DNA from: Nitrospirota bacterium
GTDB lineage: Bacteria > Nitrospirota > UBA9217
NCBI GenBank assembly: GCA_963818475.1
Contig: CAWFSF010000006.1
Coordinates: 352,001 to 416,000, forward strand
DNA length: 64,000 nucleotides
Direction of reading: 5' to 3'
Part shown: piece by piece, positions 1 through 10,939 of the stretch
How the letters are laid out: each line of letters starts with the position of its first letter
Numbering within the stretch: the first letter of the stretch is position 1
The notes under the pieces: model-generated
The model's input: the letters and a program-made list of their open reading frames with translations, nothing else
The model's database searches: none
Told to the model about the DNA's origin: nothing
Translations under genes and position numbers: made by a program

Positions 1-1
1 G

Positions 2-307
2 CGCGCCGAATTTTAACTTTTTTGTCGTTTCGCCAAGGGTTTTCGCAAGCTTTAGCCGGCTTTGGGATATCACCTGCTGCAGGTTGGGTATGTTCGCGTT
101 GTACGCTTTGAGCACGGTTTCGAGCTTTACCGAGTCTTTGCGGATCGCCTGCTGGATCTGTTCGATGCGTTTCGTCAGCCGATTGAAGGCCTGCTGGTTC
201 TTTGTCAGTTTTTTTCTTTTTGCGGCGGAGATCTTCAAATCTAATTTGACGGGTTTTTTACGGCGGGTAGTCTTGTTGTCGAATGAGGAAGGTGTTTGGT
301 CGTCCAT
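2..307 (-). CDS. N-terminal part of a coiled-coil protein running off the window edge, possibly a J-domain-containing protein
   Basis: Manual translation from the ATG at 307 gives MDDQTPSSFDNKTTRRKKPVKLDLKISAAKRKKLTKNQQAFNRLTKRIEQIQQAIRK..., with no stop before the edge. Family call is from recalled resemblance only. Confidence 0.5.
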   Translation of the reverse strand, partial: MDDQTPSSFDNKTTRRKKPVKLDLKISAAKRKKLTKNQQAFNRLTKRIEQIQQAIRKDSVKLETVLKAYNANIPNLQQVISQSRLKLAKTLGETTKKLKFGA

Positions 308-368
308 GGTAATTTTATCTTTGAAGAACTAAAAGCAAAAGAAACACAGACAAGCCGAACATAAACTT

Positions 369-469
369 GCCACGAAGGCACGAAGTCACGAAGAACGAAA
401 AAACCTGTTTAAGATAGTGTTTTAATTAATTAGACTAAGCCTTACTTCGTGTCTTAGTGCCTTCGTGGC
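369..469. repeat. Inverted repeat with ~8-9-nt periodic arms downstream of trpS
   Basis: gccacgaaggcacgaagtcacgaag (369-393) pairs with cttcgtgtcttagtgccttcgtggc (445-469). Confidence 0.75.
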
Positions 470-492
470 AAAAATATTCTTGAGGTTGGCCT

Positions 493-1476
493 CTACAGCT
501 TCATCGCCTCGTTCACTTCCGCCAGGGTCTGCGCGGCTATAACGCGGGCCTTGCGGGAGCCTTCGTGGATGATATCGGTGATCCTTTTCGGGTCGGCGAT
601 CAGCTCCTTCCGGCGCTCCTGCATCGGCTTGAGGTATGCCAGAAGGTGTTTCAGCAGCTCCTTCTTGTCATCGACGCAGCCGATGCCGGCGCGGCGGCAT
701 TCCACGTTGACATGATCGCACCATTCCTTGGGCGCGAAGATCTTGTCGAGCGCGAAGAGCGGGCAGACATCGGGATTACCGGGATCATTCCTGCGTACGC
801 GCGCGGGGTCGGTCACCATGGCCATCACTTTCTTCGTGATGTCCTCGGGGCTGTCAGACATGTTGATCGTATTACCGTAGGTCTTGCTCATCTTGCGGCC
901 GTCGGTGCCGGGCAGCTTGGGATACTCGGTCATGAGCGGCTGCGGCTCCGGAAAGATCTCGCCGTAGAGCTGGTCGAACCTGCGGCCGATCTCCCGCGTC
1001 AGCTCCAGATGGGGCAGCTGATCAACGCCCACGGGCACGAAGTGCGCTTTATAGATGAGAATGTCCGCTGCCTGGAGCACCGGGTAGCCGAGGAAGCCGT
1101 AGGTGTTCATCTCCCGGTCCTGGATCTGGTCCATCTTTTCCTTGTAGGTCGGCACGCGCTCGAGCCAGGGGAGCGGCGTGGACATGGAGAGCAGCACGTG
1201 GAGGACGGCGTGCTCGGGCACGAGGGACTGCTTAAAGAGCACGGCCTTCTCCGGGTCAAGGCCGGCCGAAAGCCAGTCAATGACCATCTCCTTGACGTGC
1301 GTCCGGATCTTCGAGGTGTCGGCATAGTTCGTGGTGAGGGCGTGCCAGTCCGCGATGAAGTAATAGCATTCGTACTGGTCCTGGAGCTTGCGCCAGTTCT
1401 CGAGTGCTCCGAGAAGATTGCCGAGGTGCAGGAGTCCGCTCGGCTGCATTCCGCTTAAAACGCGTTTTTTTGACAT
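493..1476 (-). CDS. trpS: Tryptophan--tRNA ligase
   Basis: SGMQPSGLLHLGN (HIGH-like), GYPVLQAADIL, VPVGVDQLPHLE and KMSKT motifs. Confidence 0.97.
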   Translation of the reverse strand: MSKKRVLSGMQPSGLLHLGNLLGALENWRKLQDQYECYYFIADWHALTTNYADTSKIRTHVKEMVIDWLSAGLDPEKAVLFKQSLVPEHAVLHVLLSMSTPLPWLERVPTYKEKMDQIQDREMNTYGFLGYPVLQAADILIYKAHFVPVGVDQLPHLELTREIGRRFDQLYGEIFPEPQPLMTEYPKLPGTDGRKMSKTYGNTINMSDSPEDITKKVMAMVTDPARVRRNDPGNPDVCPLFALDKIFAPKEWCDHVNVECRRAGIGCVDDKKELLKHLLAYLKPMQERRKELIADPKRITDIIHEGSRKARVIAAQTLAEVNEAMKL

Positions 1477-1506
1477 AGGGTCGGTGTGTGAACTCCTGTT
1501 CGAGAT

Positions 1507-2216
1507 TTACCCTTTAAAGAGATATTGAACGAGTATGGAGAGAATGTCATTCCCGAGAAGAAAATAAAGCGCCGGCAGTATGATCGGCCAGATGATGTAC
1601 CCGAGAATATTGAATGCAAATAACGCCAGGATGATGATCATGCCAAAGGGTTCGAGGCGATAATAGGTCGCCGCAAGTTTTTCCGGAAGGACCCAGTAGA
1701 CGATCCTGCTGCCATCAAGCGGGGGGATCGGGATCAGGTTCAGGATGGCCAGGACGACATTGATGAGAACGCCATAGCCTAACATGAGGGTCAGGGGAAT
1801 CCCGAGCCACTCCCCGGCTGATTGAGGGAGTACCCCCACGAGCAGCGGGAGCACAACGCGAAGAAAGAGGGCGAACATTACGGCCATGACCAGATTGATC
1901 CCCGGTCCTGCCAGCGATGACAGTGCCATGCCCTTCTTGGGATCGTTAAAATTGTAGGGATTGATCGGCACTGGCTTGGCATAGCCGAAGAGCATTCTGC
2001 CGTCCGTGAGCACAGAACAGCATGAGCGGCATTAGTACCGTGCCGAACAGATCGATATGGGAGATGCGGATTCAGGGTCAGCCTGCCCATGTCGCGGGCC
2101 GTGTGGTCGCCAAGCTTGTTCGCGACCCAGCCGTGCGCCACTTCGTGCAGCACGATGGCGAAGATGAGCGGCGGGGCCATGACCGCGATCTTTTGTATGA
2201 TGTTCAGTTCTTCCAT
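1507..2216 (-). CDS. Site-2 protease (M50 family), split by two single-base insertions near 2015 and 2066
   Basis: HEVAHGW in the 5' part and NLIPIPPLDG in the 3' part. Removing two extra bases restores TLNPISHIDLFGTVLMPLMLFVLTDG. Confidence 0.85.
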
Positions 2217-2283
2217 AGGATTAAGTCGACATGCCGGTACTGCTGAAAAAAGCTATTTTTTACAGCGTTTTCGTCGAGCGTTG

Positions 2284-2312
2284 ATAGTAAGGGAAATGAG
2301 AAGGAGTGTCAA
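2284..2312 (-). promoter_or_regulatory. Sigma70-type promoter for the S2P-trpS genes
   Basis: TTGACA-N17-TACTAT on the minus strand. Confidence 0.55.
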
Positions 2313-2336
2313 GAAAAAATAGGCAGCGGGCCTGCA

Positions 2337-4247
2337 TTATTCCTTTACAGGAATGAATCCGTTGCTGTCGATCGTGATCAGGAATACCTTCTTCTGCGCT
2401 TCGCCGGTCCCGTTGAACGTGGTCGTTCCGGAGATGCCGGGGTAGGCGCTGAGCGCTGCAAGGCCTTCCCTGATCGGCTGCCGGCGTGTCCTTATGCTCC
2501 TTGATGAGCGAGAGGACCATCATGGCGGCATCATAGGCCTGGGCTGAAAGGATCATCAGGGTCTTCCTGGTATGCGGAACGGTAGGCTTCCACGAATTCC
2601 TTTACCGCAGGGGCAGTGTTCTCCGGCATGAACCCGTCGGTAAAGACCGCGCCTTCGGCATGGCGGCCGGCGCGTTCGAGCAGGTCCGGCGTATGCCAGT
2701 TGTTGGACCCGATCAGTTTCATGCCCGTGATGTTGTAGAACGCGAGCTGGGGGATGAGGAGGCCCACCCGGTCCGCTGTGCCGGGAAGGTAGAGGGAATC
2801 GAAGCTGGGCGTATAGTCCTGGAAAAGCTTTTTCCGCTCGGCGTCATCCTCCGGGATCTGGATCCTGCGGGAGCGCAGGTCGATCTCCATGACGCGCTTG
2901 ATATAGGGTCCGAAATCGTTGGTTTCCGTGGGGTAGGGGACGGTCGCGAGCACGTCGGCCTTGTTTCTCAGTTCACGGGCAAAGAGGCGCGACAGATCCC
3001 TGCCGTAGGGATCGTCGGGGATACATGATCACGATCTTTTTGAGCTTCTGACCGATGACGTACTGTGCGGCCGCCCGTGCCTGGCTCGCATTCGTGAGCG
3101 CATTTCTGAATATCCAGGGGCTCAGTTCTCCCAGTCCGGCGCCCGAGGCAGCCGGCGTGATGACCGGGACCTGCAGCTTTTGGACGATCGGCGCAAGCGC
3201 TTCCACTTCGCGCGTCAGGAGCGGTCCGATGGCTGCTACTATGCCCTTGGGTGCGAGTTCGGAAAGTGCGGCAGCCGCTTTATCGGGTGATCCTTCGGTG
3301 TCCCTGATAAGGATCTCCACGCGGTTATCGACGTTCTTGAGATTGTAACTGTACACGGCAAGCTGGATGCCCCTGAGCACGCGGTCACCATAGAAGGCGG
3401 CCGGTCCGGTCTGGGGGATGAGCGCGCCCAGGGAGTAGCGCGGCGACGAGAGCTGTGCCGTAGCATCGACCACGAGCATCTCTGCCCGGGTCTTTTCCGG
3501 GTGCGTCGGGAATTTTGCAAGGAAGTCTTTGGCAAGCTTGATGGCGTCACGGTACTTTTTCTGCTCGATCATGAGGCTTGCAAGGCGCAGCAGGGCGAGG
3601 TCGGCGGGATAAGCAACTCCTTCCGACAAGGCCGTGAGGTCGCCTTCCGTAAGGTTCTTGGCCACCATCTCGCGCACCCGCTCCCGGTATCCGGCCTGCT
3701 GTTTCGCGTTCGGCGCAGATTCGGCAAGGTAGACGAATTCCTTCACCGCAGGCAGGTATGCCTCCTTTGCCGCATACGCTGCTGCCAGGACCTCGGCAAT
3801 CCGCACAAGCCTGGCCGGGTCGGTGATCCGGGTCCGGTCCTGCAGGTTCGCTATGGCGAGGTCGTATTCCTTGAGCTCAAAGTAGCAGAGGCCGAGCTTG
3901 TATTTGGCGTCGGTGATGAACGGCGAAGCAGGGTACTTTTCGAGGACATCCTTGTAGTTGCTGAGCGCCTGCTGGTAGTCCCGCTGCGCAAAGTGCACCT
4001 CGCCCATGAGGAACCGCGCCCGGTCCTGGTGCCTGCTTTTGGGGTACAGCACGGTAAAATCATTGGCTGTCTTGAGCGCGTGGTCATATTGTTTTTTGGC
4101 GTAGAAGGCATCTGCCTGGTCCAAAAGCGCCCGGGCGTCCAGCTCCCATGCCGGTTCGGGCGGCAGTTTCGGCGCGCAGCTCGTGAGAACAACGGCGCCA
4201 AGCAGCAGCCCGACCATGAACACTATGAAGGTGCGGCGTAGCAACAT
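2337..4247 (-). CDS. Lipoprotein with N-terminal TPR (BamD/CpoB-like) repeats and a C-terminal LppC/LpoA-like periplasmic-binding fold; split by three +1 frameshifts
   Basis: Lipobox LTSC, TPR repeats, IIGPL-like AAIGPL, and a C-terminal YPGISGTTTFNGTGEAQK in a shifted frame. ORFs 2973-4247, 2531-2953 and part of 2260-2556 join after removing three bases. Confidence 0.75.
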
Positions 4248-4249
4248 CC

Positions 4250-4360
4250 TTACTTCCCTTTCTTTGCAGCGGCTGCGGCAATGGCGGTCTTGCGCTTCAG
4301 CTTCAGCGTCTCTGCCTGGCGTTTCCGTTTGCGGGCGATCTCTTTCTCTCTTTCACGCAT
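4250..4360 (-). CDS. Small, very basic 36-aa protein (DUF6800-like)
   Basis: MREREKEIARKRKRQAETLKLKRKTAIAAAAAKKGK with an AAGGAG RBS and an upstream TTGACA-N17-TATAGT promoter (4410-4438). Confidence 0.6.
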   Translation of the reverse strand: MREREKEIARKRKRQAETLKLKRKTAIAAAAAKKGK

Positions 4361-4612
4361 GGTTGGTATTCTCCTTTCACTGGAATGATCGGTACGGTTC
4401 AGACTGCACACTATAGCGAAGATGGGGCTGTTTGTCAATATGTTCGGGGCGTTCTGGCCGAACGTTCCTGGTCCGAAAGCCGGCGGTTGACGATCGTGAC
4501 ATCGTTCGCCCGGGCGTCTTTGAATCAAGGTGTTTTTGACTTTTTTGTGAATTTTCACTTGATTTATTTTATCCGATGGATTAGATTATACCCCTCATTG
4601 GAAGTCCACGAT

Positions 4613-4688
4613 GGGCGAGTAGCTCAGCTGGGAGAGCACCGCGTTCGCAATGCGGGGGCCGAGGGTTCGATCCCCTTCTCGTCCACCA
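4613..4688 (+). tRNA. tRNA-Ala(CGC)
   Basis: 76-nt cloverleaf with acceptor GGGCGAG/CTCGTCC carrying G3:U70, anticodon loop TT-CGC-AA, GGTTCGAT T-loop and encoded CCA. Confidence 0.95.
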
Positions 4689-4875
4689 TTTTTTATCGTT
4701 CACCGAAAAGCGAAGCCCTGCATGAAAAACCATGCAAGGCTTTTTGTTTGGATGTCCGTATCAGGTGGCTGATCAAATCTTTTGCTTCAGCCTGCAATTG
4801 CTGCAAGGAATTCTTACGGCGCGTCATGATCGGAACTGCAACGATAACTTAACCAGCATTATTCCTGGAGCACTA

Positions 4876-5064
4876 TCATACGAGCGCTTTCGTTGCCTTA
4901 TCCCAGTTGAGTTCTTTCGTGAGAGCATGCGAGGTTACGGCAGCGGCAATCTTTTCGGGTGCGGAAGTGCGTCCGGGGTGTCCGGGACGAGGCGGCAAAC
5001 ATGCGGAAGAAACAAACATGACCACCACCGCTGTCAGTATGAGTGCTTTCCATCCTTGCTTCAT
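4876..5064 (-). CDS. Small putative lipoprotein
   Basis: AGGAGG RBS and a hydrophobic signal ending in SSAC. Confidence 0.5.
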   Translation of the reverse strand: MKQGWKALILTAVVVMFVSSACLPPRPGHPGRTSAPEKIAAAVTSHALTKELNWDKATKALV

Positions 5065-5099
5065 ATAAACCTCCTTTTTGATTTCATTCATAATTCATC

Positions 5100-5750
5100 C
5101 TATGGATTTATCAGAACATCGTTGGATTCGGCTGATCCATCGATGACCACGACCCGCCTGTCTTCTCTGCGAAGCCTGCCTTCCGCAAAAAGCTGGATCG
5201 CGCGGGAATAGATCTTATGCTCCTGCTTGAGAATCCGCTCCGAGAGGCTGTCCTCGGTATCATTGTCCAGGATCGGGACCACGGCCTGGATGATGATGGG
5301 GCCGGTGTCCATGCCTTCGTCAACGAAGTGCACGGTGCAGCCGGAGAACTTCACGCCGTGATCCAGCGCTTTTTGCTGAACATGAAGGCCGGGGAAGGCC
5401 GGCAGCAGGGAAGGGTGGATGTTCAGGATGCGGTGCGGGAAAGCGGCGATCAGCACCGGGGTGATGATGCGCATGAATCCCGCGAGGCAGACAAGTTCCA
5501 CGCCCCGTTTCTGAAGCTCCTGCACGAGAAGCGCGTCGTATGCTTCGCGTTTGCCTTTATAGCCTTTGGCGCTTACATGGACCGCCGGCATGTTGTGTTT
5601 TCTTGCCCGTTCGAGGGAATAGGCATCGGCCTGGTCGCTGATAACAACTGCGATCTCGGCAGCGAGCTGACCGCGCTCGATATTGTCGATGATGGCCTGA
5701 AGGTTCGAGCCCCGTCCCGAGACGAGTACCCCGATGCGGATCTTGTTCAT
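5100..5750 (-). CDS. purN: Phosphoribosylglycinamide formyltransferase
   Basis: VLVSGRGSNLQA, LAGFMRI, NIHPSLLP and SGCTVHFVDEGMDTGPII. Confidence 0.96.
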   Translation of the reverse strand: MNKIRIGVLVSGRGSNLQAIIDNIERGQLAAEIAVVISDQADAYSLERARKHNMPAVHVSAKGYKGKREAYDALLVQELQKRGVELVCLAGFMRIITPVLIAAFPHRILNIHPSLLPAFPGLHVQQKALDHGVKFSGCTVHFVDEGMDTGPIIIQAVVPILDNDTEDSLSERILKQEHKIYSRAIQLFAEGRLRREDRRVVVIDGSAESNDVLINP

Positions 5751-5760
5751 ACTGCCTCAA

Positions 5761-5853
5761 TGCAAAGTGCAAAATGTAAATTTCAAAATGCAAAGGTGTG
5801 GTAAATGGCAGTGCCTTATTTTGCACTTTACACTTTGCAGTTTGCCTTTTGCA
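5761..5853. repeat. 7-nt-periodic inverted-repeat element between purM and purN
   Basis: tgcaaagtgcaaaatgtaaatttcaaaatgcaaa pairs with ttttgcactttacactttgcagtttgccttttgca. Confidence 0.75.
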
Positions 5854-5857
5854 CTCA

Positions 5858-6883
5858 CTATTCCTTGTACTTCACGACCTGCTTCCCTTTTACGATCTCG
5901 CCGATCAGGTAGGCCCGCTCCCCGAGCTTCCGGGCGCGTTTCATGACAGCATCGGCCTGTTTTGCCGGTACTGCCATGATCATGCCGATGCCCATGTTGA
6001 AGTCCCGGTACATCTCCTGATCGTCCACGCCTGCTTTTTCCTGGATCAGAGAGAAAATGGGGTGGATGTCCCAGGTATCCTTGACGATCAGGGCCTGGAC
6101 GCCTTTCGGGAGCATGCGCGGCGTGTTCTCGGTGATGCCGCCGCCGGTTATGTGCGCCATGCCGCGCAGATCGAACTCCTGCAGCAGCGCCAGAATGGTC
6201 TTTGCGTAGATCCGCGTCGGCGTGAGCAGTACCTCTCCCAGCGGCCGGCCGAGGCCGGGAACGATCTTCCTGAGCGGGTAGCCTGCTTCCTCGAGCAGGA
6301 CCTTGCGCGCCAGCGAGTACCCGTTGCTGTGCAGGCCTGAGGACGCAAGTCCGATGAGCTGGTCTCCGGGCTTGATCCGGGAGCCGTCGATGATCTTCTT
6401 TTTTTCGACCACGCCGACGGCAAAGCCTGCCAGGTCGTATTCATCGTTCCCGTAGAATGACGGCATTTCGGCGGTTTCGCCGCCGATCAGGGCGCAGCCG
6501 GACTGCCTGCAGCCTTCGGCAATGCCTTTGATGATGTTGGCGTGCTCCTTCGGCTTCAGCTTGCCCGTGGCAAAATAGTCGAGGAAAAAGAGCGGCTCCG
6601 CGCCCTGGACAATGATGTCGTTCACGCACATGGCGACGAGGTCGATGCCCACGGTGTCGTGCTTTTTGGTGAGGAAGGCGATCTTGAGCTTGGTGCCCAC
6701 GCCGTCCGTGCCGGAGACGAGGACCGGCTGTTTGTATTTTTTGAGGGCAAAGAGCCCGCCGAAGCCGCCGATGTCGGTGAGCACTTCCGGGCGGAACGTT
6801 GACTTGACGTAGGGCTTGATCTTCGACACAAAGAGGTCTCCGGCATCGATGTCAACGCCGGCATCCTTATAGGTAATGGCCAT
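5858..6883 (-). CDS. purM: Phosphoribosylformylglycinamidine cyclo-ligase (AIR synthetase)
   Basis: [31 protein letters not shown] and HITGGG. Start set at MAITY. Confidence 0.96.
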   Translation of the reverse strand: MAITYKDAGVDIDAGDLFVSKIKPYVKSTFRPEVLTDIGGFGGLFALKKYKQPVLVSGTDGVGTKLKIAFLTKKHDTVGIDLVAMCVNDIIVQGAEPLFFLDYFATGKLKPKEHANIIKGIAEGCRQSGCALIGGETAEMPSFYGNDEYDLAGFAVGVVEKKKIIDGSRIKPGDQLIGLASSGLHSNGYSLARKVLLEEAGYPLRKIVPGLGRPLGEVLLTPTRIYAKTILALLQEFDLRGMAHITGGGITENTPRMLPKGVQALIVKDTWDIHPIFSLIQEKAGVDDQEMYRDFNMGIGMIMAVPAKQADAVMKRARKLGERAYLIGEIVKGKQVVKYKE

Positions 6884-6983
6884 GGAGGTTCCCTTCTGAA
6901 AAATTTTGTCGATACTACCTGTAACCGGGGCCGCTGTCAACAGGTTTCAGCCGCAGCAGCGGGGGCCAGGACTGCCGCATCCG

Positions 6984-7463
6984 CTATCTGACTTTTTGCT
7001 CGATGTCCCGAACGGTGGAATTATTCATGAGCTTGAGGAACTGGGGATTCGCCATGAGGGCGGAAATGTCGCCGGCATTCACGGCTTTCATGACCTCGGG
7101 ATCTTCGATGATCTTCAGAAATTCGGGGTCGTTCTGGAGCGACTGGATCTTGCTCATGACCTCCTTGTCGTTCATCATCCTGTCCTGCAGGGTCCTTACG
7201 TCGCGGGCCGTGTTGTCAGGAGCTGTTCCGGAATTGGCAACAGCCGGTGCAGCGACCGGTCTGATGGCGAGGACCTTCGACTCCTCGATCTGAAGGTTGC
7301 CCAGGCTGCCTGAACGTATGGTGTATTTCCCGTTGGTCAGCGATACGACCTCTCCGGTCACGATACTGCCGTCCCTGAGCTCGATCGCCCGGACCTCTCC
7401 GGCGAGGCTTTCTTGTGCCAGGAACAGGGCTGAAAAAAGCGTGAGGAAAATAAAAGTTCTCAT
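6984..7463 (-). CDS. Exported hypothetical protein with an STI1-like DP/NP-rich C-terminus
   Basis: Signal peptide, RBS, and QNDPEF..EDPEVM..ANPQF repeats. Confidence 0.6.
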   Translation of the reverse strand: MRTFIFLTLFSALFLAQESLAGEVRAIELRDGSIVTGEVVSLTNGKYTIRSGSLGNLQIEESKVLAIRPVAAPAVANSGTAPDNTARDVRTLQDRMMNDKEVMSKIQSLQNDPEFLKIIEDPEVMKAVNAGDISALMANPQFLKLMNNSTVRDIEQKVR

Positions 7464-7506
7464 CGGGTACCTCCTGGGTAACTATAGCATAGATGAACGC
7501 TCATTC

Positions 7507-8522
7507 CTACTGATACGTGATCGAACCTTTTCTGACCGCAGGGGCAGCGACAACGCGCAGTTCGCTGAGGCAGAACTCTTTTTTTAACGCAACGATATTT
7601 GAGCGTTTCTGGCCTATGGCAGCAGCAACATCGGAGGGATGGCAGAGGAAACGGGCGGGGCCTGCTCCCGGCGCACGCTGTTGCAACGGCAGCGCGCATC
7701 CGGTCCAGGAGGACCGACGAGTCCACAAGCTGCCTGAACGCCGGATGATAGGGGCCCGCCAGGATGGTGCCGGTTTTTTGAAGCTCCTCGGTCGGTTGGA
7801 GCCCCATGCGGATCACCGCTATGCCGGCGCGCTCGAACTGCAGGAAGGCATTCTTGCACCATTGTACTGCTTCGTCCAGGGATAATGGGGCATATTGCCC
7901 CGAACAATACAGCGCTTCGAGCGGCGTCTCTTTGATCACGAGCGCCGGGTAGATCCGGACGAATTCGGGCCTCATTCCGATCACGCTGTGCACGGTTTCC
8001 ATAAAGGTCCCGGCTGCATCTCCCGGCAAGCCGGGCATCAGCTGCAACCCGATGCTGAATCCCTGTTCGCGAAGCAGGGTGACGGCATGGATGGTGTCGG
8101 CCGCGGTGTGGCCCCGCCCGGAACGCATGAGCACGGAATCATCCATGGATTGAACGCCGAGTTCGATGGTTTCTACCTGATGGTCCCTGAGGAAGGCAAG
8201 GATTTCCCTGCTGATGCAGTCCGGCCTGGTAGAGAGGCGGATCCCTTTGATCCTGCCTGAGGAAATGAACGGTTGGCATGCCTCGAGGTAGCTCTTCTGG
8301 ACCTCGACTCGCCAGGGCGGTGAAGCTGCCGCCATAGAACGCCACCTGGGCCGGTTCCTGCTTTGACCTCTTGTTCAGATAGGCGGTGATCGTATGCGCG
8401 ACGGAGGATGGATCAACAGACGTTCTCTGCCCGGTGATATTCCTTTGATTGCAGAACACGCACTGGTGAGGGCATCCGGAATGGGGAATGAAAAAAGGGA
8501 TGATCATGATCGCTGCGCTCAA
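7507..8522 (-). CDS. Radical SAM protein (Elp3/YhcC-like, often next to rnc); split by two +1 frameshifts
   Basis: IPFFIPHSGCPHQCVFCNQ (CxxxCxxC), AFYGGSFTA, IRLSTRPD, IELGVQS and GPYHPAF. Confidence 0.8.
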
Positions 8523-8578
8523 TTGCGGAATGCGGATTTCGGAATGATTCTGTCCGCAATCCGAAATCAGGGCTTTTG

Positions 8579-9259
8579 CTACGTCAGTTTTTCCAGGGCT
8601 TCCTTCGCAGCTTTCTGCTCGGCTTCTTTTTTGCTCTTGCCTGTTCCACGACCATAGAGCTGCCCCTTGACCATCAGTTCCACGTCGAATTGTTTCTGGT
8701 GGTCAGGGCCGGTCTCGGACACGACGCGGTATTCAGGCAGCAGCTTCAAGCGCTCCTGGCAGCGCTCCTGGAGCGCTGTTTTGTAGTCAAGGGAAGTGCG
8801 TGATGCGCAGGTTCTCTTGATCACGTCTTCGAAAAATCGAAGAATGAAGGTTTCGGCTGTATCCTTGCCGGCATCGAGGTACAATGCGGCGATGAGCGCT
8901 TCAAGGGCGTCCGCCAGCAGCGAGTCCTTGTCGCGTCCGCCGGTCTGCTCTTCGCCCTTGCCGAGCAGCAGGTAGGCGCCGAGCTCCAGGGCACGGCCGA
9001 TCACGGCAAGTGCAGGTTCGCTCACGACCGCTGCTCTGAGCCTCGAGAGGTCTCCTTCGGTCGAGTCGGGGCAGGTCCTCATGAGATGCTCGCTCACGAT
9101 GAGCGAGAGGACGGCATCTCCGAGGAACTCCATCCGTTCGTTGTGGTAGGGGACCTTGTTTTCGTTGGCGAAGGATTTGTGCGTTAAAGCACGTTCAAGG
9201 AGCTGGGGCTCCTTGAACGTGTAGGAGATGCTTTGCTGAAGATCGGCGAGTGTGCGCAT
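8579..9259 (-). CDS. rnc: Ribonuclease III
   Basis: NERMEFLGDAVL signature and dsRBD DYKTALQE...GKSKKEAEQ. Confidence 0.96.
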   Translation of the reverse strand: MRTLADLQQSISYTFKEPQLLERALTHKSFANENKVPYHNERMEFLGDAVLSLIVSEHLMRTCPDSTEGDLSRLRAAVVSEPALAVIGRALELGAYLLLGKGEEQTGGRDKDSLLADALEALIAALYLDAGKDTAETFILRFFEDVIKRTCASRTSLDYKTALQERCQERLKLLPEYRVVSETGPDHQKQFDVELMVKGQLYGRGTGKSKKEAEQKAAKEALEKLT

Positions 9260-9260
9260 C

Positions 9261-10502
9261 TTACTTCCGGAAGCGCTTGAACACCAGGCACGCGTTCGTG
9301 CCGCCGAAACCGAAGGAATTGGACATGACGACATCGACCTGCGCTTTTCGTGCGGTGTGCGGGATGTAGTCAAGGTCGCATTCAGGATCGGGATTTTCAA
9401 GATTGATGGTCGGCGGGAGCACCCCGCGGTCCAGCGCAAGAACGGAGATAACGGCCTCCACGCCGCCCGCTGCACCGAGCAGATGGCCGGTCATGGATTT
9501 CGTGGAACTCACCGGGATCTTGTATGCATGGTCGCCGAACACGGTCTTGATGGCAATGCTCTCGAGTTCGTCGCCGTACTTGGTGGAGGTTCCATGGGCA
9601 TTGATGTAGCCCATGTCCGCCGGCGCAACGCCCGCGTCCTTGATCGCCATCTTCATGCATCGGGCCGCGCCTTCGCCGTTCGGGGCGGGAGAGGTGATAT
9701 GATAGGCATCGCCCGAGGCGCCATAGCCGACCACCTCGGCGTAGATGCGGGCCCCGCGCTTGAGCGCCGATTCCATCTCCTCAAGGACCACCACGCCGGA
9801 GCCTTCTCCCATGATGAAGCCGTCGCGTTCGGCATCGAAGGGGCGGCTTGCGCGCTGCGGTTCATGGTTCCGGGTGGAGAGGGCCTTCATGGCGTTGAAT
9901 CCGCCCACGCCGGTCACACAGATGCACGATTCGGTCCCTCCGGCGATCATGGCATCGGCATCGCCGCGCTGGATCCATTTGAACGCATCGCCGATGGAAT
10001 GGGTTCCCGTGGCGCAGGCCGTGACCACGCTGATGTTGGGGCCTTTGGCGCCGAAGCGCATGGAGATATTTCCCGCTACCTCGTTGATGATCAGCATGGG
10101 GATGTAGAAGGGCGTGATCTTGCGGAAACCGCGCTCGAGATAGACCTTGTGGTACTTCTCGATGGCCGGGAGCCCGCCTATGCCGGCGCTTACAATGACG
10201 CCGACGCGCTCGGCGTTCTCCGGCGTGATCTTGAGTCCCGACATGTCCATGGCCATCTGGCTTGCCGCGATCGCCAGATGAATGAACCGGTCCATTTTTT
10301 TGATCTCTTTGGGCTCGATGTACTTTTCCGGTTCGAAGCCGTGGATCTCTCCCGCGATCTGCGTCGGAATGGTCTTGTCATCGAACTGCGTAATGGGGCC
10401 GATGCCGGACTTGCCGCTGATCAGGCCTTCCCAGCTTGTTTCCGTATCGAGCCCGACGGGCGTGATCATGCCGACACCGGTTACAACAACTCTTCTCTTC
10501 AA
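9261..10502 (-). CDS. fabF: 3-oxoacyl-ACP synthase II
   Basis: [21 protein letters not shown] and [13 protein letters not shown] start after a GGAGG RBS. Confidence 0.96.
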   Translation of the reverse strand: MKRRVVVTGVGMITPVGLDTETSWEGLISGKSGIGPITQFDDKTIPTQIAGEIHGFEPEKYIEPKEIKKMDRFIHLAIAASQMAMDMSGLKITPENAERVGVIVSAGIGGLPAIEKYHKVYLERGFRKITPFYIPMLIINEVAGNISMRFGAKGPNISVVTACATGTHSIGDAFKWIQRGDADAMIAGGTESCICVTGVGGFNAMKALSTRNHEPQRASRPFDAERDGFIMGEGSGVVVLEEMESALKRGARIYAEVVGYGASGDAYHITSPAPNGEGAARCMKMAIKDAGVAPADMGYINAHGTSTKYGDELESIAIKTVFGDHAYKIPVSSTKSMTGHLLGAAGGVEAVISVLALDRGVLPPTINLENPDPECDLDYIPHTARKAQVDVVMSNSFGFGGTNACLVFKRFRK

Positions 10503-10624
10503 AAGAGGATACCTCCTGCGATAATAAATCCGAAAAGCCAAAAAACCTGCTCTCACAGCTGCCGGAGAGGTCTTCTGGCTTTTTGGATTTTGTGAGACGG
10601 ATTGGCTGCGTGACGTTGAATCCG

Positions 10625-10858
10625 TTACTTTTTTGCCTTGATATAGTCGATCGCGTTCTGCACGGTCGCTATCTTTTCCGCATCCTCATCCGGGATCTCA
10701 ACGCCGAATTCTTCCTCGAGCGCCATCACGAGTTCCACGGTATCGAGCGAGTCGGCACCGAGGTCGTTGACGAATGATGCCTCAGGTTTCACATCCGCTT
10801 CCGGAACGCCGAGCTGCTCAGAAATGATCTTTTTTACCTTTGCCACTATCTCTGCCAT
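10625..10858 (-). CDS. acpP: Acyl carrier protein
   Basis: [20 protein letters not shown]. Confidence 0.97.
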   Translation of the reverse strand: MAEIVAKVKKIISEQLGVPEADVKPEASFVNDLGADSLDTVELVMALEEEFGVEIPDEDAEKIATVQNAIDYIKAKK

Positions 10859-10939
10859 TGTATTCCTCCTGTGATTATGTCCTTGATAATATAAAAAACA
10901 TGCTTCTCAAACTTGGTGCATTCCAGGGAGCACGCGGAA

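Noticed and set aside
4613-4760. tRNA-Ala as an integration site for an island
   Set aside because: No integrase and no duplicated tRNA 3' end are seen; the flanks are housekeeping genes.
9252-10595. Long antisense ORFs (e.g. 9252-10595, 17263-18333, 25030-26094, 49708-50715)
   Set aside because: They are shadows of well-conserved genes on the opposite strand in GC-rich sequence.
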